This document shows, piece by piece, positions 1 through 13,528 of a DNA stretch of 64,000 nucleotides. Each line of letters opens with the position of its first letter. The first letter of the stretch is position 1. The translations under genes were made by a program, and so were the position numbers. The notes beneath the pieces are model-generated. The model was given only the letters and a program-made list of their open reading frames with translations, searched no databases and was not told where the DNA came from. Source of the DNA: Lytechinus pictus. Taxonomy: Eukaryota. The stretch covers positions 8,310,001 to 8,374,000 of the forward strand of contig NC_087252.1 of assembly GCF_037042905.1 (NCBI RefSeq), given 5' to 3'.

Positions 1-2
1 AC

Positions 3-730
3 AACCTCACCTGTGGTTTCGCAATTTACCAGGTTGACGGCTCCTTTAATGCCTCAGTTGGACTCCCAAAGGACCACTTCCTTTACAATGCATCTACAGC
101 TCGATCACCAACATTCACCAACACTCGTGAGGTAAGCGGAAGATTCAAACTCCCACCAGGACGCTATGTGATCCTTCCTTCGACCTTTGAACCCAACCAA
201 GAAGGCGACTTCCTCGTGCGTATCTTTTCCATAAAGGTGGCTAAGGGAGTGACTGTTAACCAACAGTCTAGCATGGATATTAAACCTCAGCAGCCACTTC
301 CAGCTCAGGATGAGGCGCAGACTGCCAAATTCCGAGAGTTCTTCAAGAAGCTCACAGGGGATGATATGAAAGTGGACGCCTGGGAACTGCAGGAGATCTT
401 AAACGCAGCCCTCAAACGAGTGTTCAATGAGCTACAGGGTGGTGGATTCAGCCTGGAATCTTGCAAGAGTATGGTTGCTCTTACCGATGATGATCGATCT
501 GGCAAACTTGGATTTGAAGAGTTCAGGGAACTTTGGCAGAACATCAGTGCTTGGAAGGATGTTTTTAAGAAGTATGATGCTGACAACTCTGGAACATTCA
601 ATGGATATGAATTGAGGAGTGCACTCACATCGCTTGGATTCAAACTGAGTAACGAAACTTTCAGTGCTCTGATTTTGCGTTATGCTGATAAGAAGGGAAT
701 GATTTCATTTGACTCCTTCATCGGTGCTGC
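3..730 (+). pseudogene. Intronless classical calpain, C-terminal part (domain III/CBSW plus penta-EF-hand); 5' end outside the window; interrupted by an LTR element
   Basis: Frame +3 is open from position 3: NLTCGFAIYQ...FTNTREVSGRFKLPPGRYVILPSTFEPNQEGDFLVRIFS (calpain domain III), then EF-hand motifs DDDRSGKLGFEEF, DADNSGTFNGYEL, ADKKGMISFDSF. There are no introns across this stretch. Confidence 0.9.
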
Positions 731-1681
731 TGTTACATATAAGAAGAATTGTAAGAGCAATTACATTCATTTATTTAGTTATTTCCTCTTTAAGGATAGC
801 CAAGAATGATAAAGAACATTCCAGAATATGTTTGTAAAAGCTTTTGTTCTGCAGGTCTCTTGCCTATTTAAAGGCCAAGGAGTTTTATTTTTGAATAGGG
901 AAAAGCAAACAATAGATTCCTCAGGCAGTGGAAGAGAACAATAGGATTCCAGTGGTAGTGGACATGAACAATAGAATTAGCTATGTTGTTGATTTCACTG
1001 AGGTCATTTAAGAATGTTTTAGAAATGTAGAATGTTTTGTAAAGACAATACTAGAACCTTCCATAATAGTGAATACTATATAGAAGCCTCTAGAATAGTG
1101 AATACTAGAATAATCTAGACTAGCTGAAATGTGCATATAAAAGCTGCAGTTTCTACAAGGACTTCATCACATCATATCAGATCACTTCATCAGATCAGAT
1201 CACATCAGATCAGAACTCGAGTTTCACGCCAGACTTTATGTCAGAGCGGAGTTTATTTCCACCTGGAATAGAACTGTTTGCAGTTATTTTGAGAGAGGAA
1301 TTCTCAGTTCTCATCGAGATCATCAACACCATCAACCTGATTAATGAACGCTTTTCAACCCATGGATTGCTGGATTTGACTGTTAATCATCATCAACATC
1401 GTCTTCGCGGACATTTCAACTCGTTACAGTGACTCTCATTATTCATCGTGCTTCAACATCAGTTTCATCATCGCCATCATTGTGAATTTTCGCAAACCAA
1501 GTGGGATTTTATTTGGATTTACTATTATAACCCTGGATTGTACATCGGACACTTTAAGAGACTGATGTGAGATAATTGTTTGGTTTTATTTTTTGTTTAA
1601 GTACATGATTTATTTCCTATAATAAAAAAAAAGGAAATTCAAACAAAATTTCTGATTGTTATTTGTTGCAGTATCGTAACA
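731..1681 (+). repeat. 5' LTR (951 bp)
   Basis: TGTTAC...GTAACA; near-identical to 6785-7771 but lacks a 35-bp segment near 1270. Confidence 0.95.
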
Positions 1682-1689
1682 AATAATTT

Positions 1690-1707
1690 TGGGGGCTTGT
1701 CCGGGAA
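1690..1707 (+). promoter_or_regulatory. Primer binding site, tRNA-Pro type
   Basis: TGGGGGCTTGTCCGGGAA matches the canonical tRNA-Pro PBS TGGGGGCTCGTCCGGGAT at 16/18 positions, 8 nt after the LTR. Confidence 0.9.
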
Positions 1708-1880
1708 ACGAAAACCAAATTTTTACAACAAGCCAATCTGAAACTAAAACTAGTTTTCCCAGACGAAAGTCAGTTTGAAACAAAAGTCAATTTGAATTGA
1801 AAACATTTTGGAAATTTTTGGAAAGTTCTAGAATATACTGTACTGTATTATTACTTGGTTGTATTGCTGTATATTCCACC

Positions 1881-4800
1881 ATGGCTACAATTGATGTTGA
1901 AGAATTTCTTGCAATGACAGAATTGTCATATGATCATTTGAAGTCACTGAAGAAAGATGATTTGATAACAGTTTGTGATCATTTGGGTGTATCTCTAGCC
2001 ACAGGTTTAAAGAAGGCAGAGATAATTGACTTGTTAGCTAGTCACATGAAGCTTACAGAGGAGCCTGAAACTTCTATCAATATGTCAGAGGATGTTCAGA
2101 TCCAACTGGCAAACATTGAACTGGAAAAAGAGAGAATCAGAGAAAACATTCAATTGGAGGAAATAAAAATCAAAGAAAACCTTGAAAATGAGGAATTGAA
2201 AATGAGAGAAAACATAGAAATGGAGAAAATGAGATTGGAATACCAGTTAAAGTTGAAAGAAATGAAGTAAGCTCATGCAAATACTAATACTAACTCTGTT
2301 AAGGATAAATCTCCCCAAGGCTTTGATGTGGCGAAAAACATTCGCCTCGTGCCAAAATTTGATGAAGAGGGAGTTGATAGATATTTTGTGTCATTTGAAA
2401 AAGTGGCCAAGAGACTTAATTGGCCCGAGGAATACTGGACTCTTCTCCTCCAAAGTGTTTTTGTTGGAAAGGCTGCAAAAGTCTATTCTTTGCTCTATGA
2501 AATGCAATCATGTGACTATGCTACAGTGAAAGAAACAATTCTCAATGCATATGAATTGGTACCAGAAGCGTACAGACATAAATTTAGGAACATGCAAAGA
2601 CAATCAGGCCAGACGTATGTTGAATTTGCTAGGGAACAAGAGATGATGTTCGATAAGTGGTATAGATCAGTGAAAGTTGACAAAGATTTTGTTCACCTTA
2701 GGGAAGTTGTCCTCCTAGAAGAATTCAAAAAGAGTCTTCCTTTTGGCATTAAATCTCACTTAGATGACCATAGAGTTACTGAAGTCAGTAAAGCAGCCAT
2801 AGTAGCTGATGAATTTGAGGTCACACATAAAGGTAGTGGAGATAGGCCTCCTTTCAAGAATTATTGGAAAAAGGAAGGTAAAGGGTCATTTGAATCCCAC
2901 AATAAACCTGGTGAGGGAAAATATGCTAGCAAGGACAAAGACACTAACAAGAATCAGGCTAGTGGGGGCACAGAATCAACCAAAAGGTCTGAGAGTCGTA
3001 GTTCCAAAGTTTGTACTCATTGTCATAAATCGGGACATTTGAAAGAATCATGTTGGAAGTTGGTTGGAATGCCAACCAAAGCTAAGAAAGACATGGGTTT
3101 TGTCAAGCAAACAAGTGTTCCCTCGATGGAGTTTGTCCCATCAGAGCCCAATCGAGATGTTGAGAGTGTTTCTCTGGTATTTGCTGATAAAGTCAAGCAG
3201 GTTGATGAAACCTTTAGAAGTTTTCTGTATGATGGTGAAGTATCCCCTTGTTCGACTGGTGCTGCTGGTAGGTCAGTGGTGATCCTTAGGGATACAGGGG
3301 CTGCACAGTCCCTGATGGTGCCAGGGGATTTGGCTCTTCCTCCGGAGAGTTCAGAGAATGCCAAAGTCTTAATTCAAGGTATTGGCCCAAATTTCATGTC
3401 GGTTCCTTTGCATAAGGTCGACTTAAAGTGTGACCTAGTTAGGGGTCCTGTGACTGTTGGTGTCGTTCCAGAATTACCCATGGAAGGTGTTGATTTCTTG
3501 TTAGGTAACGACTTGGCTGGAGATAGAGTTGTTGCATCTCCAGTGGTTTCGGAGAAACCCGTTGAGGTAGCTGAAACTGAATTGTTGCAGGAAGATTTTC
3601 CAGGGATTTTCCCGGATTGTGTTGTTACTAGGTCTCAGACTCGTAGAGCTGAAAAGGATGATGCGGAATCTGCTGATGTAGAGGAGAGTACTGATGTCTG
3701 GTTAGCTGAAACCTTTTTCAAGGATTTGAATGGGGATAGTGTTGAAGGCTCTGTTGCTAACAATGATAGTTTGTTTAGTAAATCCTCCCTTGTACAGGCA
3801 CAACATGCAAACCCAGAATTAAAAAGCTTGTCACAGAAAGCATGTTCTGAGGCTGAGGCTGATAAGGTTCGTGAGTGCTTTTATGTCAAAGATGACATTT
3901 TGATGAGGAAGTGGAGACCTCCCCGGAGACCAGCTGATTAAGATTGGTGTATAATTCACCAGGTAGTAGTTCCTCCCTGTTACCGCACAGATATTCTGAA
4001 AATGGCTCATGATTTACCTATGGCAGGTCATGTCGGTATTCGGAAGACAGAAGATAGAATTATGAGGCATTTCTATTGGCCTAAGATGCACAAAGATGTT
4101 GTGCATTTCTGTAAGACATGTCATACATGTCAGATTATTGGTAAGGCACAGCCTTCTATCAAGCCTGCTCCATTAATACCCATCCCTGCATTTGATGAAC
4201 CTTTTACTAGGGTTCTTGTTGATTGTGTTGGACCCTTACCCAAAACGAGGTCGGGTCACAGATTTCTCCTGACGATTATGGACTTGTCTACACGGTTTCC
4301 AGAGGCGATACCTTCGAGGAGTATCACTGCAAAGACAGTGGTGCAGGCGTTAGTGCAGTTTAGGCCTGCCTAAGGAAATTATTCTGACCAAGGGTCAAAT
4401 TTCATGTCAGGAATATTTCAGCAAGTTATGAAGGAGTTGGGAATAAAGCAGATCAAGTCATCTGCTTATCACCCACAGTCCCAAGGAGCGTTAGAACGCT
4501 ATCATCAGACCTTGAAGACCATGATTAGGGCTTATTGTGAAGACTGTCCCGATGACTGGGATAAAGGGATCTCATTCCTGTTTGCAACTAGGGATTCCCC
4601 TAATGAGTCCACGAGTTTCAGTCCATTTGAATTGGTCTATGGTCATTAGGTTAGGGGTCCCCTAAAGCTTATCAAAGAGAGGTTTATGGTTCAGGATGAT
4701 GATGTAAACCTTCTAGACTATGTGTCAAAGTTTAGAGAAAGGCTCTCAAAAGCTTGTGATGTGGCTAAGAAACACTTGAAAGAGTCGCAGGGAAAAATGA

Positions 4801-6574
4801 AAGCTCAAGCTGACAAAAATGCAAAAGAGCGAAGTTTCAAGCCTGGAGACAAAGTGTTAGTGTTGTTGCCTTTGCAAGATGAGCCCTTGAAAGCTAGATT
4901 TAGTGGTCCCTACATAGTAAAAAAGAAATTGAATGATATCAACTATGTGATCAGTACCCCTGATCAAAGAAAGTCTCAAAGAGTTTGTCATGTAAACATG
5001 TTGAAATAATACTTTGAGCGAGAGGCTAGTCAGCCAATAGGTATGACACAGGTTAAAGAAGAAGAAAAACATGTAAATGAACATGAAGAAGAATGCTATG
5101 GAAAGACAGATAATGAATTGTCTTATACAGATGTATCTACGAATGAACCATGTGGTGTAAAGTTGTCTAACTCAGAGATGTTAGGAAATATGGATGAGGC
5201 ATTAAAACACCTGCCTGAAGATCAGAGAAATGATATATCTGGCCTGTTAAGAGAATATGAAAATGTGTGTAAAGACAAACCAGGTCGTACACCTTTAACT
5301 GTACATGATGTAGACGTAGGTGATGTAAGACCTATCAAACACAATCCTTATAGGCTCAATCCAAGCAAGTTGGAAATGGTGAATAAGGAAATACAGTTTA
5401 TGTTAGATAATGATATAATCGAACCGAGTCAGAGTAGTTGGAGTTCTCCTATTGTAATGGTTCCAAAGCCAGACGGCTCTCAGAGATTTTGCATTGATTA
5501 CCGAAAGGTAAATGCAGTAACTAAGACTGACTCGTATCCAATTCCTAGGTTAGAAGATTGTATAGATAGGGTTGGAAATTCTGCCTACATCTCAAAGATA
5601 GACTTGCTTAAAGGATATTGGCAAGTGCCTCTGACTGACCGAGCCAAAGAGATATCAGCCTTTGTCACACCTGAAGGCTTATTTCAATGCAAAGTCATGC
5701 CTTTTGGAATGAAAAATGCACCAGCAACCTTCCAAAGGTTAACAAATCAAGTGATTGCCGGACTTGACAATTGTGTCGTATACATAGACGACATCCTAGT
5801 GTACAGTGATACCTGGAATGATCATCTGGATCATCTGAGAGCACTGTTTGACAGGCTGGATAAAGCCAATCTAGTAGTGAATCTGATGAAGAGTGAATTT
5901 GCTAAGGCAAAGGTCACATATCTTGGTCATGTGGTTGGTCAAGGGCAAGTGTTACCAAGAGAAGCCAAGATACAAGCTATCTTAGACTTCCCGATTCCCA
6001 CAACTAAGAAAGAATTGCTCAGATTCTTAGGTATGAGTGGCTTCTACAGGAAATTTGTTACAAATTACAGTACAGTGGTTAGCCCTCTAACAAACCTGCT
6101 GAAGGCAAAAGTGAAGTATGTTTGGTCTGACGAATGTCAGAGATCATTTGAGAAATTAAAGGCCATTTTGGTGAATGAGCCTGTTTTGGCAGCTCCAAAC
6201 TTCACAAAGCCCTTCAAAGTAGAAATTGATGCATGTGATGTTGGAGTAGGAGCAGTATTGCTCCAAGAAGATGAAGAAGGCATCGAAAAACCAGTGTGCT
6301 ACTTCTCTAAGAAACTCAATCAGTTTCAGAAGAAGTACTCAACTATTGAAAAAGAGGCCCTGAGTCTCGTACTAGCCCTTCAGCAGTTTGAGGTATATCT
6401 AATGGAGAGATTACAGTCTATACAGACCACAATCCTCTTGTGTTTTTGGAGAAATTCAAAACAAAGAATCAACGACTGTACAGATGGAGCCTAATGCTCC
6501 AACAATTCCCTTTGAAAATTGTACACATAAAGGGAAAGAATAATGTAATTGCTGATGCTCTTTCAAGAGTATAA
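1881..6574 (+). pseudogene. Gag-Pol polyprotein (SCAN-like capsid, CCHC knuckle, protease, integrase, RT, RNase H), disrupted
   Basis: Motifs [96 protein letters not shown]. In-frame stops at 2268, 3939, 4647 and 5007; indels near 4360-4385 and 6400. Confidence 0.93.
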
Positions 6575-6773
6575 AAAGTGAAATTATTCATGCTTTTGAC
6601 CAAGTGTGTCATTTGAAGAAAATGTCTTTGATGTTCATGTATTTAAACATGTTTGTGTAGTACACATTTGTACACGATAACTGTAAACAATTTATCAAGA
6701 TGACTTAGAAAAGTTAAAGAAAAAAAAGATAATCTTAAAGAAACCTTTACTACGGTAAAGCTTTCTTTTCCCC

Positions 6774-6784
6774 GGTGGGGGAGG
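6774..6784 (+). promoter_or_regulatory. Polypurine tract
   Basis: GGTGGGGGAGG immediately precedes the 3' LTR. Confidence 0.85.
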
Positions 6785-7771
6785 TGTTACATATAAGAAG
6801 AATTGTAAGAGCAATTACATTCATTTATTTAGTTATTTCCTCTTTAAGGGTAGCCAAGAATGATAAAGAACATTCCAGAATATGTTTGTAAAAGCTTTTG
6901 TTCTGCAGGTCTCTTACCTATTTAAAGGCAAAGGAGTTTTATTTTTGAATAGGGAAAAGCAAACAATAGATTCCTCAGGCAGTGGAAGAGAACAATAGGA
7001 TTCCAGTGGTAGTGGACATGAACAATAGAATTAGCTATGTTGTTGATTTCACTGAGGTCATTTAAGAATGTTTTAGAAATGTAGAATGTTTTGTAAAGAC
7101 AATACTAGAACCTTCCATAATAGTGAATACTATATAGAAGCCTCTGGAAGGGTGAATACTAGAATAATCTAGAATAGCTGAAATGTGCATATAAAAGCTG
7201 CAGTTTCTACAAAGACTTCATCACATCATATCAGATCACTTCATCAGATCAGATCACATCAGATCAGAACTCAGAGTTTCACGCCAGACTTTATGTCAGA
7301 GCGGAGTTTATTTCCACCTGGAATATTTATCTTCTGTGGAATAATTTACCCGCCATCAATGAACTGTTTGCAGTTATTTTGAGAGAGGAATTCTCAGTTC
7401 TCATCGAGATCATCAACATCATCAACCTGATTAATGAACGCTTTTCAACCCATGGATTGCTGGATTTGACTGTTAATCATCATCAACATCGTCTTCGCGG
7501 ACATTTCAACTCGTTACAGTGACTCTCATTATTCATCGTGCTTCAACATCAGTTTCATCATCGCCATCATTGTGAATTTTCGCCAACCAAGTGGGATTTT
7601 ATTTGGATTTACTATTATAACCCTGGATTGTACATCGGACACTTCAAGATACTGATGTAAGATCATTGTTTGGTTTTATTTTTTGTTTAAGTACATGATT
7701 TATTTCCTATAAAAAAAAAAAAGGAAATTCAAACAAAATTGATGATTGTTATTTGTTGCAGTATCGTAACA
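6785..7771 (+). repeat. 3' LTR (987 bp)
   Basis: Direct repeat of 731-1681, followed by TSD CTGC. Confidence 0.95.
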
Positions 7772-7775
7772 CTGC

Positions 7776-7866
7776 CATCAAGCTCAAGTATATGTTCACA
7801 TCCTATACAAGCTCTCGTGGCAATTTTTGATTAGATGAGTTCCTGACGTTGAGTCTCTATTCTTAG
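7776..7866 (+). pseudogene. Remainder of the calpain C-terminus downstream of the LTR element
   Basis: Removing 731-7775 restores the frame: ...FIGAA-IKLKYMFTSYTSSRGNF*LDEFLTLSLYS*. This is a typical calpain ending (L..YS*), with an in-frame TGA at 7828-7830 and terminal TAG at 7864-7866. Confidence 0.85.
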
Positions 7867-9569
7867 ACCAGATGAGAATTAGGAGGAGTGAGCTTGGATG
7901 GAGACAAAAATTATTATCAGGGTCAAAGGTCATCATGGTCATTACAGACCAAGTCATGTCCCTCACACATTGGGGATAATACATCATGTTTTATAAAATT
8001 AAAAAGGAAACTCTTTATATCCATAGCAAAGCCAATGTTTTTCAAATGTAATATGATTATATTGATTATAATGCAATTAATTATTATGTCACAGAAAGGA
8101 ATGTAGCTCATCTAATAGAATATGAATAGACATAGAATTTGTCTAGTTATCACAGAAATTTCTTTGAATGTATTTATGTGTCTTATCACCTACATGTGTA
8201 GGTGATCTAACTGGTGTTATACCATTGAATTTCAGTAATTTAATATTGTACTTATTAGGGGCCAGATAATTACCATGGCAAATCCAATCTCAATATTTTT
8301 TTGTCCAAGTGACTAATACGTTTTTGTGTATGTAATACTTGCAGTTTTAGTTGTTTTTTCTACTCTATGATATAGTTTGAAATAGAAGTCAAAAAAGCTT
8401 TTCTATCGTTGGTTTGTGTGATAAATATGTATGTTTTGTTGCTTTGAAATCATGTTTAAAAGAATGATCAAGTTGATATTGGATTAATTTTGCTTAGGTA
8501 GAATTGTGAATATCACATATTTACTGCACTGTTCTGGTCAGCCATAACTGATAATGGAAGCTCATAGATGAACAAAAGAATGGGAAGATAAAACCTTGTA
8601 CAGAGCATGATAGTATAGTATATATGTATTCAGTATCATTAGAGTGTGTACTTAAAGTGCATTTTGTGATATAATATAATAGTATGTGCTTGTATATTTT
8701 CAATTAATTTTAAGACACTCATACTATCAAGGTGTCTTTATGCCGACATTACAGTTACATTTATTTTCACCGAGTGAAAATCATGAATATATCATATCCT
8801 TACATGTGTTAATAGCATTTTCTCATTGTTCCATGAATTCCAAAAGGTATTGAGAGAACAAAATAATACCAATGTTGTTTTCAAAACTACATCAAAATAC
8901 TGGTATTTCTTTTCACTGTATCTTCCATGTTATAGAATTTCAGGGTGAAACAACTATGAATGTTTTTATGGATATAAGGGTCCTGTCATATTGCAAATCA
9001 TAAAAGAAAAACAGTACTTTGTTTCGGGTGCACTACTGCCACTTGCCTTCATATAAATCTATTCTTATCATGGATGCAAATCAATGTAAGCTATTAGCAG
9101 AGAAGGAATTGTACTTGGAAATCATATGCTTATGTTGACATATCTAAGTTATCAATAATACTCAAATTTACTCAATAACATTCCAACAATAATTATTCAA
9201 ATACTACTTTTAACAAGTAGAAAGATTCTCATTTTAACTTGTATATAATGAAGTGTTGACAAATGTGTAATTGTTGCTGTAGTCACGGTTTATATTTGGA
9301 AGCTGAATAGAAATTATTTAAGATGTGGTCAAGAATCATGTTGAAACAAATTAATCTGATATATCTGTATCAAATTTCATGTTAAACATATACACTGAAA
9401 ATTTTCACATGACAATACTTCTATTTTTTTTCAAAAATAAATAGAAATTTATAGTAGGTTGCCCAGGTGCCATGGTTTTTGTCATAGTAATCATGCCTTC
9501 AGATAAAAAAAATATATATATGCAACTATCTTCCTCACTTAATGAATTACACAACTTTTACATGTTTCT

Positions 9570-12500
9570 GGCCAGTGAGGTCATGACCCCAGAAGGGGTT
9601 TCAGAACCTGACTGCTACTGTGGCGTTACACTGATATACTCAGTGAGCCAGTACTGCCAGCAAACGCCAACGCCGAGCCCCAGGCGGCGGAAAATAACCT
9701 GGCCAACTCAGGTAACATGAGAAGGGTAGTGGGACCCTGATGGAGGAAATGCCATCTAAAGGCGGATGAATCAAAATTTATCAACGACATCCACAACTCA
9801 CCAACATGCAACTGTGGCCAGCATGGTGAGTCAAGGCCACACCCCCTCAAGACTATGGCAGCACAAAGAAAGAAACGGCCCTCAGTCCCCAGCAGCTCTG
9901 GATTGCCCAGCTACGGGAGCGGCTGTGGTAAGGAAGGAGCAGAGGGTGCTAAGAATCTCTGGGCTAGGACAGGCTCCTTAAAGGATGTGACCATCTGTAC
10001 ATATAATGTACGTTCCCTTTTAGGAGAGGATAGGCTATGTGAGCTGGAAAAAAGAACTAGGCAACATCACATGGGACATAGTTGGATTGTGTGAGGTTAG
10101 ACGCCGCGGGGAACATCTACAACATCTTGTACACAAGGGGAAAGGAGGAAAGTAGCATAGGAGGGGTGGGCTTTCTTATTCACAAGACCATAGCATACAA
10201 TGTCATTAGCTACAAAAGCAGTTCAGACAGAGTATCCCAGATCATCCTAAAAATTTCCAAGAAACAAACCATGAAAATCATCCAAGTATACCTTCCAACA
10301 TCTAGCCATACTGATGAAGAGGTTGATATGGTCTATGAGGAAATTGCTAAACTACTTGATGAGTACAAAGCAAATTTTACTATAGTTATGGGAGATTTCA
10401 ATGCTAAAGTTGGTAAAAGGGAAGATAATAGCGAGTTGATGCTAGGTAAATTTGGAATAGGCACTAGGAACGATAGGGGAGATCGTCTACTGGAATTTGC
10501 TTTAAGCAGAGGTCTTAAGGTAATGAACTCTTTCTTCAAGAAAAAGGAACATCGTAAATGGACATGGCAAAGCCCAAATGGCACTACTAGGAACGAAATC
10601 GATTTCATTCTAACAAACAGACCGGACATCGTTACAGACGTTTCCGTGCTAAATCGCTTCAATACTGGAAGTGACCACAGGCTTGTGAGAGCTAAAATGC
10701 ATGCCAATTTTAAGCTAGAAAGAAGTAAACTAATAAGGAAGAAGAATGTCAGCCTAAATGTGGACAAACTTAAACAACATAAGGACGAGTTTCAACTACA
10801 GCTAAGGAACAGATTCCAAGTGCTTTAAGATGAAGTAAACCAGGAAGATATAAATTATATATACAATAAATTCTCTCACGCTGTCCAAACTTGTGCTCTT
10901 GAGATAGCAGGCAAAAGGGAAAATCAAACAACTGACAAGATTACAAAGGAGACACTTGATCTGATGGGAAAAAGGAGACAGATGAAGGTATCAACCCAGA
11001 AGGATAGCATAGAGTATACGGAACTGTGCAAAACCATTAGAAAACGCATGAAAAGTGAAATTCGCAGCTTCAACATAAAGAAAGTCCAAGAGACCATAAC
11101 GAATAATAGCAGCTATAAAGCAACCAAACGTAAACTCTCCAAAGGGAAATCACAACTGATAGCTATTAGAGGGGAGGATGGAAGTGTTGTTCATGACAGA
11201 GACCAGATAATTAATCATGTAAAGGATTTCTTTCAACATCTGTACTCCAGCAAAGTCCATGTTGACACACAAATCATTGCTCTAGATGCAGATGAGGACA
11301 TACCACGGTAGGAGTAGATGAGGTTGCTAAAGCCTTACAAGAAATGAAGCGTGGTAAAGCACCAGGCAGTGATGAGGTGCTGGTGGATGTCCTTAAAGAT
11401 GGAGGCGATGTCATCTTGGAACAGCTGGCCAAGCTGTTTACACTCTGTTTAGTAAAAACACAAACACCAGACAGCTGGAACAATGCAATCATAATTCTCA
11501 TCCACAAGAAAGGAGACATAAAGGATATTAAAAACTATCGGCCAATTAGTTTACTTTCAAATACCTACAAATTATTTACAAAAGTTCTAACAAACAGAAT
11601 CACTGGAACTCTAGATTTTAACCAACCGAGGGAACAAGCCGGATTTAGAAGTGGCTTCTCTACTACAGACCATCTTCACACACTTAACCAACTATTAGAG
11701 AAGACTTACGAATACAGACAACCCTTGTGCGTGGCATTCGTAGACTTCGCACAAGCTTTTGATAGTGTAGAATTTCAGGCCGTTATAACAGCCTTACAGG
11801 TACAATGTGTGCACCATAGCTACATCAAACTCATTCAGGAAATGTATAGCCAAGCAGCTGCAACCATTCACCTGCACAAAGACAGTGATGAATTCCCCAT
11901 TAACAGAGGAGTGCGACAGGGAGATACCATTTCACCCAAACTGTTCAACGCTGCACTGGAGGAAATAATACGCAAAATAGACTGGGAAAGTACAGGGCTA
12001 AACATTGATGGTGAGTGTCTCCACCACCTGAGATTTGCCGATGATATCATTCTAATCACTGATGATGGCCTCAAGCTAGAAAATATGCTTAACGATCTCA
12101 ACACAGAAAGTAACAAAGTAGGCCTGAAGATCAACATGAAAAAGACAAAAGTAATGTTCAACAAATTTGCTACGGAGCAAAGAATCATAATGGATAATTC
12201 TGAAATCGAGAGAGTAGATCATTATATCTACCTTGGGCAACACGTCAGAATGGACCATGAACAACTGGAAGAAGTTAAAAGGAGGACAAGAGCTGGATGG
12301 ATCGCTTTTGGGTATTTCAATGACATTGGCAATGACCTATGGTTCTGGTCTGTAACAAAGAAAATGGAACAGAAATTAAAAACCACTCAACACAGTATGG
12401 AACGTATAATGCTACGGATATCAAAACGTGACAAGAAAACCATACAATGGATTAGGAGCCATACTAAAGTAATAGACATAATCAAAGCAATTAAATCAAT

Positions 12501-12760
12501 GAAATAGAGATGGGCTGGCCACCTTGCAAGATCACACGATAATAGGTGGACCAAACGCATCATAGAATGGAGACCATGGCAAGGATCACGAAATCGGGGT
12601 AAACCAAAATTGAGATGGAGTGACGAGCTCACAAAATTCATCGGCATAAATTGGATTGCATCGGCACAAGACAAGCACCTTTGGCACCAACTTGAGGAGG
12701 CCTTCGCCCTGCAGTGGGCTGAACATGGCTGATATGATGATGATGATGATGATGATGATA
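9570..12760 (+). mobile_element. Near full-length RTE-clade non-LTR retrotransposon (APE endonuclease plus RT), defective; 5' boundary approximate
   Basis: APE motifs ICTYNVRSL, VMGDFNAKVG, EIDFIL, GSDHRLV. RT motifs NYRPISLL, GVRQGDTISPKLF, LRFADDI, YIYLG. Ends EEAFALQWAEHG* (12732) followed directly by a (GAT)n tail. Contains several stops, frameshifts and deletions. Confidence 0.92.
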
Positions 12761-12959
12761 CTTATTTAAAACCTACAATGTGTTGCCCAAATTGTCTAAG
12801 TGTTTTTTTTTCACAACATATGTATCATTATTTTCTCTTTTTTTTTGCAACGTATACAAATATTTATGTTTATATATGGTATACAATTCATGTATGTACA
12901 ATTGATGGAAGTGAAATAAATAAAATTGAATTTGAATTTGAACAGTATAGGCGCCATAA

Positions 12960-13229
12960 TTAACCAAAAAGTGAGTTTTTCCGAAACCACTCGCTCGCTA
13001 CGCTCCCTCAAGAAAAATATGAACCCTGAATATATATATCTTATCATAATCAGAAATCACTTGAAAAGGCTTTGCTCAACTTATATACTACAAAACACTC
13101 AACGAATTCACGCAGATGATGATCTCATGCATGGCAAAAATATCCGTTTGAACCAAAATGTTCATTTTGACATATAAGTGCCCTTTTTTTGGCTTTAACC
13201 CCCAACAAGAATACGTTCCGCTGCCCCTG
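12960..13229 (-). repeat. Interspersed repeat terminus (CAGGGGCAGCGGAACGTATT family); a second copy lies on + at about 20757-21090
   Basis: The reverse complement of 13130-13229 matches 20757-20865. Confidence 0.65.
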
Positions 13230-13343
13230 CCTTCCCATCCTCATAAGAATTGAACAGCAATGAGTGTTTCTACCCCCCCCCCACCTCATCCACGTTTGCC
13301 CTTCTTGTTTTCCCGGCTTCGCCAAAGATGATTTATTTCATAT

Positions 13344-13528
13344 CGGATTAACGAACTTTATTTCGTTTTTGGACTTACGAACCTTCGGAATAACGAACCT
13401 TAGGAATAACGAACCATGTTTTGTTTTCGGATTAACGAACCTTCGAAATAACGCCACAAATGTTTGGATTAACGGCATTGAGGTATATGCAACTTCTGTG
13501 TTACTTAACAACAAACCTTCGGAATAAC
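13344..13528 (+). repeat. Array of 16-bp TTCGGAATAACGAACC units
   Basis: Repeated unit visible directly; inverted counterpart at 14128-14238. Confidence 0.8.

Larger units (their letters stand above)
731..7771 (+). mobile_element. Full-length Gmr1-like Ty3/Gypsy LTR retrotransposon (defective)
   Basis: Paired TG...CA LTRs, 4-bp TSD CTGC (727-730 and 7772-7775), PBS, PPT. RT and IN are Gypsy-type but in the order PR-IN-RT-RH, which is characteristic of the Gmr1 clade. Confidence 0.95.

Noticed and set aside
1797..2270. Separate gag ORF or programmed readthrough at TAA 2268
   Set aside because: It is in the same frame as the downstream ORF and one of several scattered stops, so best explained as a nonsense mutation.
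7867..9450. Poly(A) tail and TSD proving calpain retroposition
   Set aside because: An AATAAA occurs at 9436 but no poly(A) tract follows, and the 5' flank is outside the window.
9570..9770. HDV-like or hammerhead ribozyme in the RTE 5' UTR
   Set aside because: HDV-like ribozymes are known for RTE elements, but I could not assemble the nested double pseudoknot or a CUGANGA/GAAA core by eye. A covariance-model search is needed.
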